64,000 nucleotides of DNA from Flectonema sp. DT1601 (GCA_964019425.1 OZ025805.1:1054001-1118000), one strand, 5' to 3'. Shown: positions 12,601 through 22,465, counted from the stretch's first letter. Numbers and translations: made by a program. The notes: generated by a model from the letters alone, not told the origin.

Positions 12601-15600
12601 TATTTACACTTTGTCTATCGACCCTTAGTAATAAACCAGATTGTTTTATGATATGTCAGTATGCTTTTTGTAATTTACGAAGCTTACTGCCGAACTTATC
12701 TCCGGAAGTTGCTGATGCAAAAGTCTCATCAGTTCTACATCAAACAGCTGTTGGGGATCAGTCTGCTTTAGATGTAGAAGAGCGACAAAAACCACCTCTC
12801 TCAGATCGTAGTACTGAACCACAATTAACACCTAAGAGGGTTAAGGCTGGTGCAAAAGCTGTCATTGAACTCGACGAGCCTGAAAAAACAAATAAACCAA
12901 CACCTGGGAGTATAACAATAGAATTCGTAGCCTCAACAGCTGCAGGTACTGAAGGAAGTAAAGATGCTGTTGTTGCTGCTGAGGCTGTTTTATTACTACG
13001 ACAGCTTCTACTTCATAGTCAGGTTTGGCAGCTTCCAGTGACCAGTTGGATAAATAGAGAATTTGAAAAAGATTTATCAAAAGCTGCGAAGGTTTCGTTA
13101 CCATCAAATAACTTACAAAGACTTGCCCTCTGCCTTGACGTAATGTGTGGAATGGGAAGACTCTTATGCATTAGAGAAGGTGTACAGGCTGAGTACACAG
13201 CTGGTAAGAGAAGTCGAACTGTAGAACCCGTCATTGTAACGGAAGTTAATAAACAAACAGGAAAGGCTGTAGTCATCGCTTCTGATCTATCACTTGGAGC
13301 GGAAGATATGGAAGTTGATATTAACAATCTTCGTGTTCAGCCTTCCTGTTCTTGGAATCCAGGTATCTCTACTTCTGTGAACCCAACTGGTATTACTCAA
13401 TCTCTTCCAACTGCATTACCCTGTTTTGGAACGTCATCGTCTGAGAATTATAACTTTAGAGAACCTTCTCCTCCAACTGACTTCGAAGTATTTTCAATGC
13501 CTCAATATCAAAAACTTTATATTCCACTTTTGAGTGTCGCTGTGAAGTATTTAACTCAAGAACAGGATTCGTCGGGTGGTTTTTGCTTTCCGAAACCGGC
13601 TTCAACCTGCGCCAGCTTTGTTGCAATATCAGCCAAGCTGTTAAAGTGTTTATCGTTGTATCTTGCTGTGCCGAGTTTTGCAGTTCAGTTTTTAAGATCA
13701 GACTACAGGAAAGTTATATTGCAGGCCGCGTCTATTCTGTCCCGAAGTAAGAAATACCACTCTGGAAACACTGAGTGTCTTGAAGGGAAGGTTCAACATC
13801 TACAGGAAGTTATACTTCAGAGATGGCAACAAGGAGAACCGACTGTTGTGAACTCACCTGCTGCATATCCCAGTACGGAACCGTCTGAGGTAGCTGACGA
13901 TACGAATGCGGAACAGTCGCAGCATCAGCAACACGTCGCGCAACTGAATTCAAAAAGAAATGGAAGTAGACGACTAGCAGCTGAAGATCTATCTCAAATA
14001 CTACCTGGCTTTGGAACACTATTATGTATGAAGGCATTAGAAATAGCAAAAGACGATAAGGACAGAGCCGCAGCTATTCTGATGGACAACGTTGACGAGA
14101 TTGCAGCGGCAGTTGAAGCTGACGAAGCTTTAGCAAACGCTGCTACCCCTTCTGCTTCGACATCTGTTCCTCTAGAGCCAGTTCTTTCTCATTTTAAAAA
14201 TAATTCAGTTCGCTACGCTCTGTCATTCGGTCCAGTTGGAACAGGAAGGTTAACAATTCCCCTGAAGGAGAACCAAAATACAGTATTTAACAAAACTCAT
14301 GAATTCACTGTAGAACTGACCCTCAGAATTCAGGGAGAAGGAATGTTTAAAAAACAACGACTACACCCCGACATCACTCCAATGCTACCACTTCGAATAC
14401 TTGATGCCGCGAAGGTATTGGAAGTAAGTTGTTGTGATGCTTTTATTCAGGTAGTGATTCAAACAGATAGTCCTATCGTTAGTAAACAACAACAACAACA
14501 AGTAGATATGTCGTCTTCATCAAGTTCAACATCATCGAGTGGGACAGTCAGTTGTAATATTCCAACATCTGAGAAGTCAGATTGGTTTCGTCTTGTAATT
14601 CGATGTAGCCCTCATGTTACTGAAGTATGGGGAGATGGGAAACTATACGCTCTTTCAACAATGGAAAACACCAACAGAAGTATCGTTGAAGAATTAATAG
14701 TCGGACCTGGTCTTACAGAACCAGCTACTGAACTACATCCATGTGTTGCTATAGAAGTGTCCTCATTAAGGATTTGGAATAGTTGTGTTAGTTCTCGACA
14801 AGCAGAAGCTCTTTCGTTAAAAGGAAATGATTTGGTGTCAGAGTCAATTGTTGATAGTCACACGATATTAAACATTCTAATGGTTGATGGTTCTGGATCA
14901 AGTTGTTCATCAATCCTACCATCTGGTAAGTTGTACTCTGCAGGATATCTTAGTGGAGGTGTTCGTTGGTGTTGTTCTCAACTTCCTTCGTTCATCGTGA
15001 ACGATTCGTCTTTAAAATCTGCAACTGTTGGTGATGCTGGAGAATCACTTTCAAATACGAATCCAAATTCGAACCCAAATATAAATCCTGGATCATATTT
15101 ACTATCGGATTCACCTCACACTAATATTGACATCCCAAGAACAGAATGGAACTCATCATTCAACAACACTACTGCGATTGAAAAGTTAATTCAAGTTCTC
15201 TGTTTGTCTGGTCAAGCGCTCTGCATTGACTTAGGTCGAGCACTTATTCGAGTTATAATTGAAAACACTTTATCAAACAACAGATATTCACTCTGGGGAA
15301 TGACTGTTGAGGAGGTAGGTGAGTTTTATACTGAACTATCTATTGAAGAAAGTGGTCAGAATCTAGCATCAACATTGGCCTTTATTCCGGAACTGACTGG
15401 TTGTGGAGTTAAGGGAAAGTCGCATTGTTTGGGTGTGCAGAGTTGGCTTTCTTCAAACCCAAGTAGTCAACATATAGATCAGTTTATCTCAGAAGCTCTT
15501 GAGATTCTTGAAGAGCCTCCCGACACTTATATTTATGAGACTCCCTCTCATCCTTATGTACCATCAGATGTGATGCTTGAGACTGTTGAAGTTCCTGGTG

Positions 15601-18600
15601 CTGATTCGTATTCTATCACATTCGATCCTCGGTGTAAGACACTCGATTACTTACACTTTTACACCAATCGTTCTCAGAAAGTCCAGCTTGCTAAGTTTCC
15701 TGATTCTCAAGGGCAGTGGACTCCTTTACTTATCGAAAAACAGTCGTCCTTCACACTCAAATTCTCAGGAGATGCAGCAACACCTTCATACTGGGGATAT
15801 CTTATGTGTGTCACAGTCTCGACTCCCAGGTTCGAACTTGCCTGCGACATGCTCTCAGTCATACTTCAGGGCGCTTCTAAATATCGTCAAATTTGCACAG
15901 CAACTGTTGCCTCTCTTTTAACTGCAGCATTCCATAAGAATGTTGGGAGGAGACGTCTGAAAGTCGGGATGGTTTTGGCAAATTTGCTTGGGAAGTGCTG
16001 TAGCTATTTTAAAGCCTATGCAATCCCCAGACTGGAACCTCTGCTTGCTGACATCCGGAAACAGGGAGATGCTCAGATTACGAAAGAAGGTTCTGCGAAA
16101 GGAGGGATAACAGGAGTAGCAAAGAGTCACTCTCGATACCTTCAAGTGATTGCTGAGATTTGTGTTTCTGCTGAAATAGCAGACAGACACTGGTTGAATA
16201 CTAAGAGAGAACAATGGGGAGTTGCAAAGAGGAATTATGATGAAGCTCTTCGTCGATGCTATTTATCACCAGCAATTAGACCACCGCTAACAGAGACACC
16301 ATTATCTCCAACATGTACGCTACGATGTGCGTCAGGTTCTAATAATATTGTAAGGGGGAAGTCTTTATTATTTTCTGATGGTGTCTGGAGAACAGTTCAA
16401 GACACTACTGGTGTTATGATTGGTCGATGGTACTACGAGGTTAGACTTTTATCAGCTGAACCAGCCTACATTGGATGGGCGTGCGAAGCAATTGACACCG
16501 CCTGTGGAGAATGCAACAACAGTTGGTCAATTTGTGGTAACAGAGGATGTAAGTACCACAGCGGTGAGCGATCTGTGTACCCAACGTCTTTTACTGACCT
16601 ACAAGTACCAAAATGGAAAGGCCGAGACATAGTAGGAGTCATGCTGGATCTTTATGCACGAACCCTCGAGTACACTTTAAATGGAAAACCTCTCGGCATT
16701 GCATACTCAAAGCTCCCTTCTGTATTCTACTTTCCCACAATCACTGTTGGAAATTGCAGTGTAGAGGTTAATTTTGGTGAGACAGTTTTTGCTCAAGCAC
16801 CCCCTCCTGGGTTTTTACCCCTTCATGGAGGAACACCATGTCCTCCTGGAGTACCTATATATAGATTATTATCATTCGTTGATAGTTGTGATGCTCTGTT
16901 ACAGAGTAAGACTCTACCAGGGTTTTATAAAGGACTAGAAGTACAAGATGATCCTCCAAAGGGAACACGTGATGGGACTGACTTTATGGAAGTTCAAGTG
17001 TTAGATGGAAGACCAAAGATTGATCACTTAACAACAGTACGATCAACAGCAGCAGCATGTACAGTTAGAGGAACTGCACGAGTTACAGATTCTGGAAAGT
17101 GGTACTACGAAACTACTTTATCATCTGATGGTCTGATGCAATTGGGTTGGTTAAGTTCAACTTCTATTAATTCAACAATGAGAGGTATCGGTGATGATAC
17201 AAAGTCATGGGCATATGATGGCTGTCGACTATTAGTTCGTCATCGTAAGGAACACACTCAAATAAAAGGTTCTCATATTTGGAGGGAAGGAGACATCGTT
17301 GGATGCCTCCTCGACTTGGATAATGGAATTATTAGATTTTCATTAAACGGAGATCTGTTGCATTGCGCTATTCCGAGTCAACCAAACAGCACAGCAACAA
17401 CAACTTCAGACGCCTTCTCTTCAATAAATACTTCAGAGTGGTACAGCCCTGGGGTGTCTATGGATCCTGAGAACTGCATCTCTTTTAACTTCGGATCGAC
17501 GTCATTTGTGTATAAGCCTGCTGGGTATCGAGGTATTGGTCTACCCTGGGGAGTATTGTCTGCATTAGATAGTAGTAGTACTGAGCAATTACCTGACTCT
17601 CTTCCGTTTAAAAACACTCTTGAAAGTGATCAAGTGATAGTACGAACTGTTAACAGTCTTTGTCATATTCATCGACAGAATTTATTTTCTCTTAAGTTGG
17701 ATGAGTTGGTGACGCCTTCGAATTTTCCTGAAACTTTATCGGGAGATGTGTCTTCTGAGGATCTGATTTCTAGAGTTCAGGTACTTCGTAATTTCAATCA
17801 ATTATACAGACTGTTATTTCCTTATCTAAATATTGGATGTGACTCATTAAATAAGTCTTCTGAAGAATTGGGAGTCTTGAGTTCAGCAGCGAAGAAATGC
17901 AAAACACTTCTATTCTCGACAACAACAACTTCCATACTACAACACCAAGTCACGTTAGCTAATAGTATGGTTGAGCCTGTGCAGGCTAAAGTTACTTTAA
18001 ATAGAAGACGAGCTCAATCACATCGAATAGACCCAACTAGAGATAAAGACGGAACTGTTTCTTTATTCGGACAGATCTACACCCTCTTAGCAAATAGTTC
18101 TCAAAGGGATAATATGTTTTTTACAACTCGTAGATTTTGGGCTGTGTCATTCCAAGGTGAGGGTGCTGAAGATGTTGGAGGGCCATACAGAGAATGTCTT
18201 GCTGAGATGTGTAGTGAATTAATGAGACCATCAACACTTCCTCTTTTTATTACAACTCCGAATGGAAAGAATGACATTGGAACGCACAGGGATAGAATGC
18301 ATTTGAATCCAAGGATATGCACCTACTTACAGAAGTCAATGGTTTACTTTTTAGGAGTTTTAATGGCTGCTTGCATGAGATCGAATGAACCGTTACCTCT
18401 GTATCTGACTCCAATTATTTGGAAACGATTAGCTGATGATCCATTGTCCCCTTCTGACATAGAATCTATTGATAAAAGTGCGTTAACAAGTTTAACATAT
18501 TTATTGAGATTAGAAGACGAAGGAGTGACCAATTCAATGTTTAAAGAAATCTATGAGGGATACTTTACTACTGAAGTTAGTAGCGGTGATGATGTTGACT

Positions 18601-19220
18601 TATTACCTGGTGGGTCTACTTTAGCAGTCACATTCGAAAATAAATCACAATACGTCTTACTGGCATTGCAAAAGAGATTGAGAGAAGCAGATAATACAAT
18701 GGCTGATTTATTAGAAGGGTTTTACTCTGTTTTACCGCAACATATAACACAGATGATGACTGCTAGTGAGCTGGAACGACTTGTCTGTGGTACTCCTGCT
18801 TGGGACGTTGCGGAGTTAAAGGCGAATGCACGTTATGAGGGATTGACATCTGAAGATTCTCGCTGTCACTATTTCTGGTCGGTGCTCGAAGAGTTTAATG
18901 GGAGGGATAGATCTTTGTTTCTGAGATTCATCTCAGGAAGGGAACGAGCACCTGTCCGTCTCAAAATAATTTCACTCGAAGTCGATAAACCTGATCTATA
19001 CCTTCCAGTTGCTAGTACTTGTTTCTTTTGGATATCACTACCGAATTACTCTTCCATTGGAGTTCTAAGAGAGAAATTGCTTTACGCAATAAGCCATTGT
19101 ATTGATATTGACACCGACTACAGAGTGAGAGGTTCAATCGATGAAAATGCTCCTCCGACGATAGGAGTCGGTGAGCAGGCTGATGATGACGAATTCGAAG
19201 ATTACACCCATTTATTGTAA
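6660..19220 (+). CDS. Giant HECT E3 ubiquitin ligase (4186 aa): N-terminal SPRY, two LamG/ConA-like domains, UBA-like, CUB-like, two C-terminal SPRY, HECT
   Basis: Intronless ORF. The likely start is ATG 6660, just after a pyrimidine-rich AG at 6653-6654; the upstream ORF extension is polyA noise. HECT motifs 'FQGEGAEDVGGPYRE', 'ELERLVCG' and 'LPVASTCFFWISLP' (catalytic Cys). SPRY motifs 'GRWYYEV' and 'GKWYYETT..GDIVGCLLDLDNG'. LamG motif 'WVHIALVFDG..LYLNG..FSGSITEVRIWS'. Confidence 0.92.
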   Translation: MEADLKWLERAGELDLFGSPLHVAAVASPLPSRSEILRSTSFVLDATTPHGDVLLVNENSAVKPATGWVTVHAVEPITHGIHEWSIKIENQGETSDGSGLMLGIVPKVFCRYDSFISQGGGWCLSRAGKFYGHWKRVEGIGSTGTLVFGTGDTVTFELDTETSRMTVAVGDRFVVGEISKLTPEVYPAASLHYRQQHICFESRRKKQKKYPVRGWFQKSLQHQCHVMFKLSHHHLRNRVSQLLSRGLSQRGTERQTEWEDYYLLRQDVLSAIINGVSKLIETPEAHQHSYSHRGIVATQGVTPEKVVANCGIQLSLSLLSAVAADNPAVCEAVFETLGRQFQSQPLFSFSPYSPDGSLIPICTLEHLRVAASTHVSPASIKLLVIIALLRSDATECLRTLKTLVDLPPASQNFAVDVSDMFCRLQRALAPYDLPILRYSDEVDKIDIRLAVCHCPSSVWGSSPRPDRFVVKSIASNVNYLFIAIVSVGIIKLGHGRGCIPTDVLAKNDEIPGNVTLAYVNGNLYVRPTLECRSGIFANKDLIVLDPVNLSIKGFIKADGFGSIETCDVRHTPLALQEGSKIESRIFTDGVYLYLASAHPKRTLKDEGGSLLHPPTSSLQCRDTSNPVVVTTFDPSNMRVVRSVTLAGPKPSSVEALRGSGGSQRKVLHLDKESYIDLGPIPEALQSPFSHMSIELWCKPAGPDDVRNVYVHGDKSCGREVFIDIHCLDNCLIVKGGVRTDVRNGIRSCSTSATMPSCGWVHIALVFDGVWMLYLNGIPSGTSRVEDTSVGCTKQPRRWILGSNFSGSITEVRIWSRARPCALILRDLHFTQSSLSHSESSLITYYPLDEGHGHTIYDWGSSTPKHNAWISKKAAPLWRESPDCPVTSSAHTDCLASSEIEQSMWQIFLPSIENCGMTCNGRVLSVILTEVEELIPQSPPTSGHPQFLRYGLSSTYSLDDGCQIPTIDLLLPIVDGPSHFDRSFNGVWYCCKNQFICWAASRCTVPSPLPDDPCGQITEFGPLTPLQLTSKISEVMSSYALRYASQFWSQLYQPLSVDPTPELFQIASELLATQLPRPIQSKGGRRISVSAVEDSITNSKLVLCCLRLLGTNFKVVQASGADPVSLGLRTESDEGSNDKDHISSVGRLLYSQLLTLIGFKDTPGNETFISTAATIALAEGLPLIYTPTSLIRILKNHLLQGVDVHNEIIVNTICEHISGLKHSIEVVSCFCDVDCGMEELIHFYKLLVEASLACHSFRSSQEGISPVIAVLCSLQSALLGSVATNEKAAGEAIQQLLSVHASILPKMCSITEDLSDDDTLRYVRTSVVGRALGALIMSVPLLVKTNIGVRRYLNLLQQISTSLEDLSKRLKSVANVEYEWDSNWMPASDDPSKAIQQECNFDLPKWFYSIRLTVEFGAAQAAGRMVRGPQKSGSCPTEKNLQKWVDSSLFAGGIRESTNSMRACDEIAEGTEKGMQLWKAVRSDNHSQAQAAEPTAIVYDALRYIFAVLARDLMNSNTDCDDCTQTPSPPQSAEHKQTTQTDVPPPTVPSIPPTLLGKYRKVEGLKNWLIHMQEASDEIDVQPPPLIHSTIPSSGQPMSTIIERCKFILKFHHSPNPTDSKVVLKALVSSGTSGVHKSKKKCFSQTPSSWRSMFNGWRAIKKLQRLLAINQQEDEVLSDQYLVLLLEFLAGNDLQLNSIEEVIHARQETGRIRAEGLQYLKTIIAEKAKPFKLEALRVLASAMSSHHYTDGIASVGPSISATVQRNVYSLLTVLLLPFRESSPPNDTVSQVQCCLVLTLLHCRWDAVDFAFLRSVDLPKILFKLFTYWRSDGTEKEELPPPPTSVNTDGDDQQLKTPQHPQHHNAAVASDLFSACTLKAAMLLALNTNPGIVRASIQFIYQSVDCLCNELHLSIAALRNSPTTSSMHVIHVEYLLTIVSSIIQALNVSGTSPALASAKGDQTGGVQLRKHAESLGVNELFKIFTLCLSTLSNKPDCFMICQYAFCNLRSLLPNLSPEVADAKVSSVLHQTAVGDQSALDVEERQKPPLSDRSTEPQLTPKRVKAGAKAVIELDEPEKTNKPTPGSITIEFVASTAAGTEGSKDAVVAAEAVLLLRQLLLHSQVWQLPVTSWINREFEKDLSKAAKVSLPSNNLQRLALCLDVMCGMGRLLCIREGVQAEYTAGKRSRTVEPVIVTEVNKQTGKAVVIASDLSLGAEDMEVDINNLRVQPSCSWNPGISTSVNPTGITQSLPTALPCFGTSSSENYNFREPSPPTDFEVFSMPQYQKLYIPLLSVAVKYLTQEQDSSGGFCFPKPASTCASFVAISAKLLKCLSLYLAVPSFAVQFLRSDYRKVILQAASILSRSKKYHSGNTECLEGKVQHLQEVILQRWQQGEPTVVNSPAAYPSTEPSEVADDTNAEQSQHQQHVAQLNSKRNGSRRLAAEDLSQILPGFGTLLCMKALEIAKDDKDRAAAILMDNVDEIAAAVEADEALANAATPSASTSVPLEPVLSHFKNNSVRYALSFGPVGTGRLTIPLKENQNTVFNKTHEFTVELTLRIQGEGMFKKQRLHPDITPMLPLRILDAAKVLEVSCCDAFIQVVIQTDSPIVSKQQQQQVDMSSSSSSTSSSGTVSCNIPTSEKSDWFRLVIRCSPHVTEVWGDGKLYALSTMENTNRSIVEELIVGPGLTEPATELHPCVAIEVSSLRIWNSCVSSRQAEALSLKGNDLVSESIVDSHTILNILMVDGSGSSCSSILPSGKLYSAGYLSGGVRWCCSQLPSFIVNDSSLKSATVGDAGESLSNTNPNSNPNINPGSYLLSDSPHTNIDIPRTEWNSSFNNTTAIEKLIQVLCLSGQALCIDLGRALIRVIIENTLSNNRYSLWGMTVEEVGEFYTELSIEESGQNLASTLAFIPELTGCGVKGKSHCLGVQSWLSSNPSSQHIDQFISEALEILEEPPDTYIYETPSHPYVPSDVMLETVEVPGADSYSITFDPRCKTLDYLHFYTNRSQKVQLAKFPDSQGQWTPLLIEKQSSFTLKFSGDAATPSYWGYLMCVTVSTPRFELACDMLSVILQGASKYRQICTATVASLLTAAFHKNVGRRRLKVGMVLANLLGKCCSYFKAYAIPRLEPLLADIRKQGDAQITKEGSAKGGITGVAKSHSRYLQVIAEICVSAEIADRHWLNTKREQWGVAKRNYDEALRRCYLSPAIRPPLTETPLSPTCTLRCASGSNNIVRGKSLLFSDGVWRTVQDTTGVMIGRWYYEVRLLSAEPAYIGWACEAIDTACGECNNSWSICGNRGCKYHSGERSVYPTSFTDLQVPKWKGRDIVGVMLDLYARTLEYTLNGKPLGIAYSKLPSVFYFPTITVGNCSVEVNFGETVFAQAPPPGFLPLHGGTPCPPGVPIYRLLSFVDSCDALLQSKTLPGFYKGLEVQDDPPKGTRDGTDFMEVQVLDGRPKIDHLTTVRSTAAACTVRGTARVTDSGKWYYETTLSSDGLMQLGWLSSTSINSTMRGIGDDTKSWAYDGCRLLVRHRKEHTQIKGSHIWREGDIVGCLLDLDNGIIRFSLNGDLLHCAIPSQPNSTATTTSDAFSSINTSEWYSPGVSMDPENCISFNFGSTSFVYKPAGYRGIGLPWGVLSALDSSSTEQLPDSLPFKNTLESDQVIVRTVNSLCHIHRQNLFSLKLDELVTPSNFPETLSGDVSSEDLISRVQVLRNFNQLYRLLFPYLNIGCDSLNKSSEELGVLSSAAKKCKTLLFSTTTTSILQHQVTLANSMVEPVQAKVTLNRRRAQSHRIDPTRDKDGTVSLFGQIYTLLANSSQRDNMFFTTRRFWAVSFQGEGAEDVGGPYRECLAEMCSELMRPSTLPLFITTPNGKNDIGTHRDRMHLNPRICTYLQKSMVYFLGVLMAACMRSNEPLPLYLTPIIWKRLADDPLSPSDIESIDKSALTSLTYLLRLEDEGVTNSMFKEIYEGYFTTEVSSGDDVDLLPGGSTLAVTFENKSQYVLLALQKRLREADNTMADLLEGFYSVLPQHITQMMTASELERLVCGTPAWDVAELKANARYEGLTSEDSRCHYFWSVLEEFNGRDRSLFLRFISGRERAPVRLKIISLEVDKPDLYLPVASTCFFWISLPNYSSIGVLREKLLYAISHCIDIDTDYRVRGSIDENAPPTIGVGEQADDDEFEDYTHLL

Positions 19221-19717
19221 TTTTCCTTTTTTTTTTTTTTTTGTAAGATACTTTCAAGCTCGCACCACCTCAAGGGTGTACTCCATAAGCGTTGGTTTTC
19301 AGTCAACTAATGACCTTTTTTATTTTGTTAAAATCCGTTTTTTAAGCTAAATTTTTTTTTTTTTTTGTTTTTTATGTTTAGTTATAAATTGCACTAGGCA
19401 GTTATTCGGCTGAAAAGGACTTCATTCATACTCACGTGTGGTGTGAAGTCGTTACAATTTTTTTTTTCTCTCTACACCCTTTTTCTATTTTAATATACAC
19501 GTATTTACCTTACACCCTGTCATCTTCCTCCTCTTTAAATAATTTTACCAACAGAACTTAACCTCTGGGACTCAGAACGAAATAAGATTGAAAGTGTGTT
19601 ATGAACTTTTATAAAAAAAAATCTCATCGTCGTAGTCACATGTCGTGAGTAGTGCTTTTCCTTTGTACGTGTTTTTATGGTTTGTTTGTAAAACAGATTT
19701 TTCACTTACACATAAAT

Positions 19718-21244
19718 ATGTTATCTGTCGCATTGCTTCTCTGCAGTTCAGTAGCTCAGAGCTGCACACCAACAAGTCTGGCAGGGTTTCGATGTCAACA
19801 TGTTGTAGCAAGTGGTGTTCTTTATCAAAGTGGTATTGAGAATGATAAAGTTAAGTTTAGATTTCAATCTAATTCAGCTGGTTGTGCTTCAATTGGATTT
19901 AGTACTGATGGTAACATGATTGGAAGTAAAGCAGTCATTGGTGATGGAACAAATATCAAAGGTTATTCTCTCAATGGTAAGACTCCAACAGACATCGTTG
20001 AATCAACTTCAGACTTCTCGTGGTTGGATACTGCTTCTGCTACGACTGGAAACACAGAAGGTAAAACATTCATAGAATTCACTAGAAAAACAACAGGACT
20101 GAACGTCTCCATACAATGGCTCTTGTATGCCGTTCACGCTGATTCTGCAACTTTAAGTAACTTGGCAAAACATACAGAAAAAGGAAGACTACAAGTTCAA
20201 TTAAAGCCGTATTGCATAGCATCATCACGCGAAGGATATGCTTGTCAGGTTGCGATTACAGCCGGAGTTATTTATTATGATAAAAAGGATGATGGATCAC
20301 TGATATTTGCTTTGAAATCAATATATCCTGGATTCGCAGCTCTTGGATTCAATACAGAGCTTGCAATGATTGGAACTAAAGCAGTAACAGGTCAGACTGG
20401 TAGTCTGATGTCTGTTTCAACTCGTCAGATAACTGCCAAGAATGCCAACGGTTTAGGTGAGTCAACATTTGAATGGTTTGACTCAACATCAGCATCTGTG
20501 ACTACAGAAAACGGAAACACCTTATTACAATTCTCAAGAACAGCTACTCAAGCAGAGAAGGACAGCATGGTTGTCATGTTTGCTGTTCACGAAACTTCAT
20601 CAGAACTAGCATACCACACGCTAAGGGGAGGTGTTTTACTTCCTATGAAAGACGACGAAGACAAGGATGGAGATGATGGAGATGATAATGGCGGTGATGG
20701 TGGTGACAATGGTGGTGACACCGGCGGTGACAACGGCGGTGACACCGGCGGTGACAACGGCGGTGACACTGGCGGTGACAATGGCGGCGACAACGGCGGT
20801 GACACCGGCGGTGACAATGGCGGCGACAACGGCGGTGACACCGGCGGTGACAATGGCGGTGACACTGGCGGTGACAATGGCGGCGACAACGGCGGTGACA
20901 ATGGCGGCGACAACGGCGGTGACACTGGCGGCGACACCGGCGGTGACAATGGCGGCGACAACGGCGGTGACAACGGTGGCGACAATGGCGGTGATACCGG
21001 CGGTGACAATGGCGGCGACAACGGTGGTGATAATGGCGGTGACAACGGTGGTGACAATGGCGGCGACAATGGCGGTGACAACGGTGGTGACAATGGCGGT
21101 GACAATGATGGGGACGGTGATAATAATGGCGATGGTGACGACGGTAATAATTCTATCGAAACTCTTCCTCCAGCTTCCGCCTCTGCTTTAATCTTATCAC
21201 CGATTCTGTTGTTGCTTGCGATCTTAATGACGTTGGTATTGTAA
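19718..21244 (+). CDS. Secreted, probably GPI-anchored protein with 2 DOMON domains and a (GGDN/GGDT)n stalk (508 aa)
   Basis: Signal peptide MLSVALLLCSSVAQS. DOMON motifs 'SIGFSTDGNMIGSKAVIG...AKHTEKG' and 'ALGFNTELAMIGTKAVTG...AYHTLRG'. C-terminal 'ASASALILSPILLLLAILMTLVL' has no cytoplasmic tail. Confidence 0.82.
   Translation: MLSVALLLCSSVAQSCTPTSLAGFRCQHVVASGVLYQSGIENDKVKFRFQSNSAGCASIGFSTDGNMIGSKAVIGDGTNIKGYSLNGKTPTDIVESTSDFSWLDTASATTGNTEGKTFIEFTRKTTGLNVSIQWLLYAVHADSATLSNLAKHTEKGRLQVQLKPYCIASSREGYACQVAITAGVIYYDKKDDGSLIFALKSIYPGFAALGFNTELAMIGTKAVTGQTGSLMSVSTRQITAKNANGLGESTFEWFDSTSASVTTENGNTLLQFSRTATQAEKDSMVVMFAVHETSSELAYHTLRGGVLLPMKDDEDKDGDDGDDNGGDGGDNGGDTGGDNGGDTGGDNGGDTGGDNGGDNGGDTGGDNGGDNGGDTGGDNGGDTGGDNGGDNGGDNGGDNGGDTGGDTGGDNGGDNGGDNGGDNGGDTGGDNGGDNGGDNGGDNGGDNGGDNGGDNGGDNGGDNDGDGDNNGDGDDGNNSIETLPPASASALILSPILLLLAILMTLVL
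20699..21106 (+). repeat. Coding minisatellite, 34 x 12 bp (GGY GGY GAY AAY/ACY) encoding GGDN/GGDT
   Basis: Directly visible tandem array, 408 bp. Confidence 0.95.
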
Positions 21245-21562
21245 AAAAGAATAGTTGAATAGTAAAAATACAAGTCTTTTTTTTTTTTTCATTTTCTTTA
21301 AAACCTACCTACCGGCATTTACATGTTACAAAAAATGGTGGGTGTAAAACCGCATTCCACACGACGAAAAAAAAAAAAAAAAAAAAAAATAAGAAGAAGA
21401 AACTAGTTTCTTTTTGCATATCGCAAGCGAGTTTTACCCGATACAAACTTCTCTCTCTGTTAGTCACGCGTACCAATAATATTGAATGCCACCCAGTATA
21501 AAAACAAGTTAGCGTCACGCAATTAATAATTTAAATGTCAAAAAGTTGTCAAACCTTTTATG

Positions 21563-21600
<38 letters not shown>

Positions 21601-21996
21601 CGTTGCTTTACTTTCCAGGGCTCTTTGAATGCGTAAGGCTCCTTTAAAAAAAAAAAATAGCCATGTGCATCCATAATTTTTATGGTTAGACATAACCATG
21701 CAAAAATGCTAATCTTTTGTTGTTGCGGATTATTAAAAAAAAAAAAAAAAAAAAAAACCCCCATTTCTCCCGACGCTTTCCAATCATCAATTTGGTTTAA
21801 GCTGTCGATAATTTTTTCTCTCTCGCTGATGCCTTTAATTTACGTTATGATGACGACTTTTAAAGGCGAAATATCATAAGCTTAATGAGTCTTCCTACCA
21901 AAACCGCATTAACATGTAGTATTGTGTAGGTGGTGTAAAACTGTGACACACACACCCCAATCAATATTCATGTTGTGGATAGTTTTACGTGATATA

Positions 21997-22030
<34 letters not shown>

Positions 22031-22465
22031 CTGTCATTTTTACATTTCCGAACACGGGTTGAGTTATAATTTAGTGTTGCTGTTGCCTCTGCTCTTCAGG
22101 TGGTTACATCTATGAGGCATCGTTTGCATGTTTTTTTTTTTGTGCATCCTTCCCTTCTCTAATTGTTAGCTTCCACTCTAGTTTGTCTTTCATTCCATCC
22201 TTTCTTGTTCACAACTCGCATGCAAACAAAAAAGGAAAAAAAAAAAACAGAAACAAAAAAAAAAAAAAAAACTTTCAAAAATAGCAATACACTGTAGTGC
22301 CCACCTTACACTGAATGATTGTAGTTTTTGGGAATTTTATCAAAGATTATTGTGTTTTTCATTTCTTCAAACAGCTATTATGATTGTGGTTGTGCATTTG
22401 ATTGACTGGAGGTGGACTTGTGGTTTATATTAAATATGTTATACTCAGCAGGTTTTACAAGTAAC

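Noticed and set aside
20699..21106. Regular short repeats as a possible CRISPR array
   Set aside because: Contiguous 12-bp coding units with no unique spacers, in eukaryotic DNA, with no cas genes.
20587..21273. Minus-strand 228-aa (LSPP/VSPP)n extensin-like ORF and the overlapping +174-aa (AVTM)n ORF
   Set aside because: Shadow frames of the 12-bp GGDN/GGDT minisatellite within the DOMON gene.
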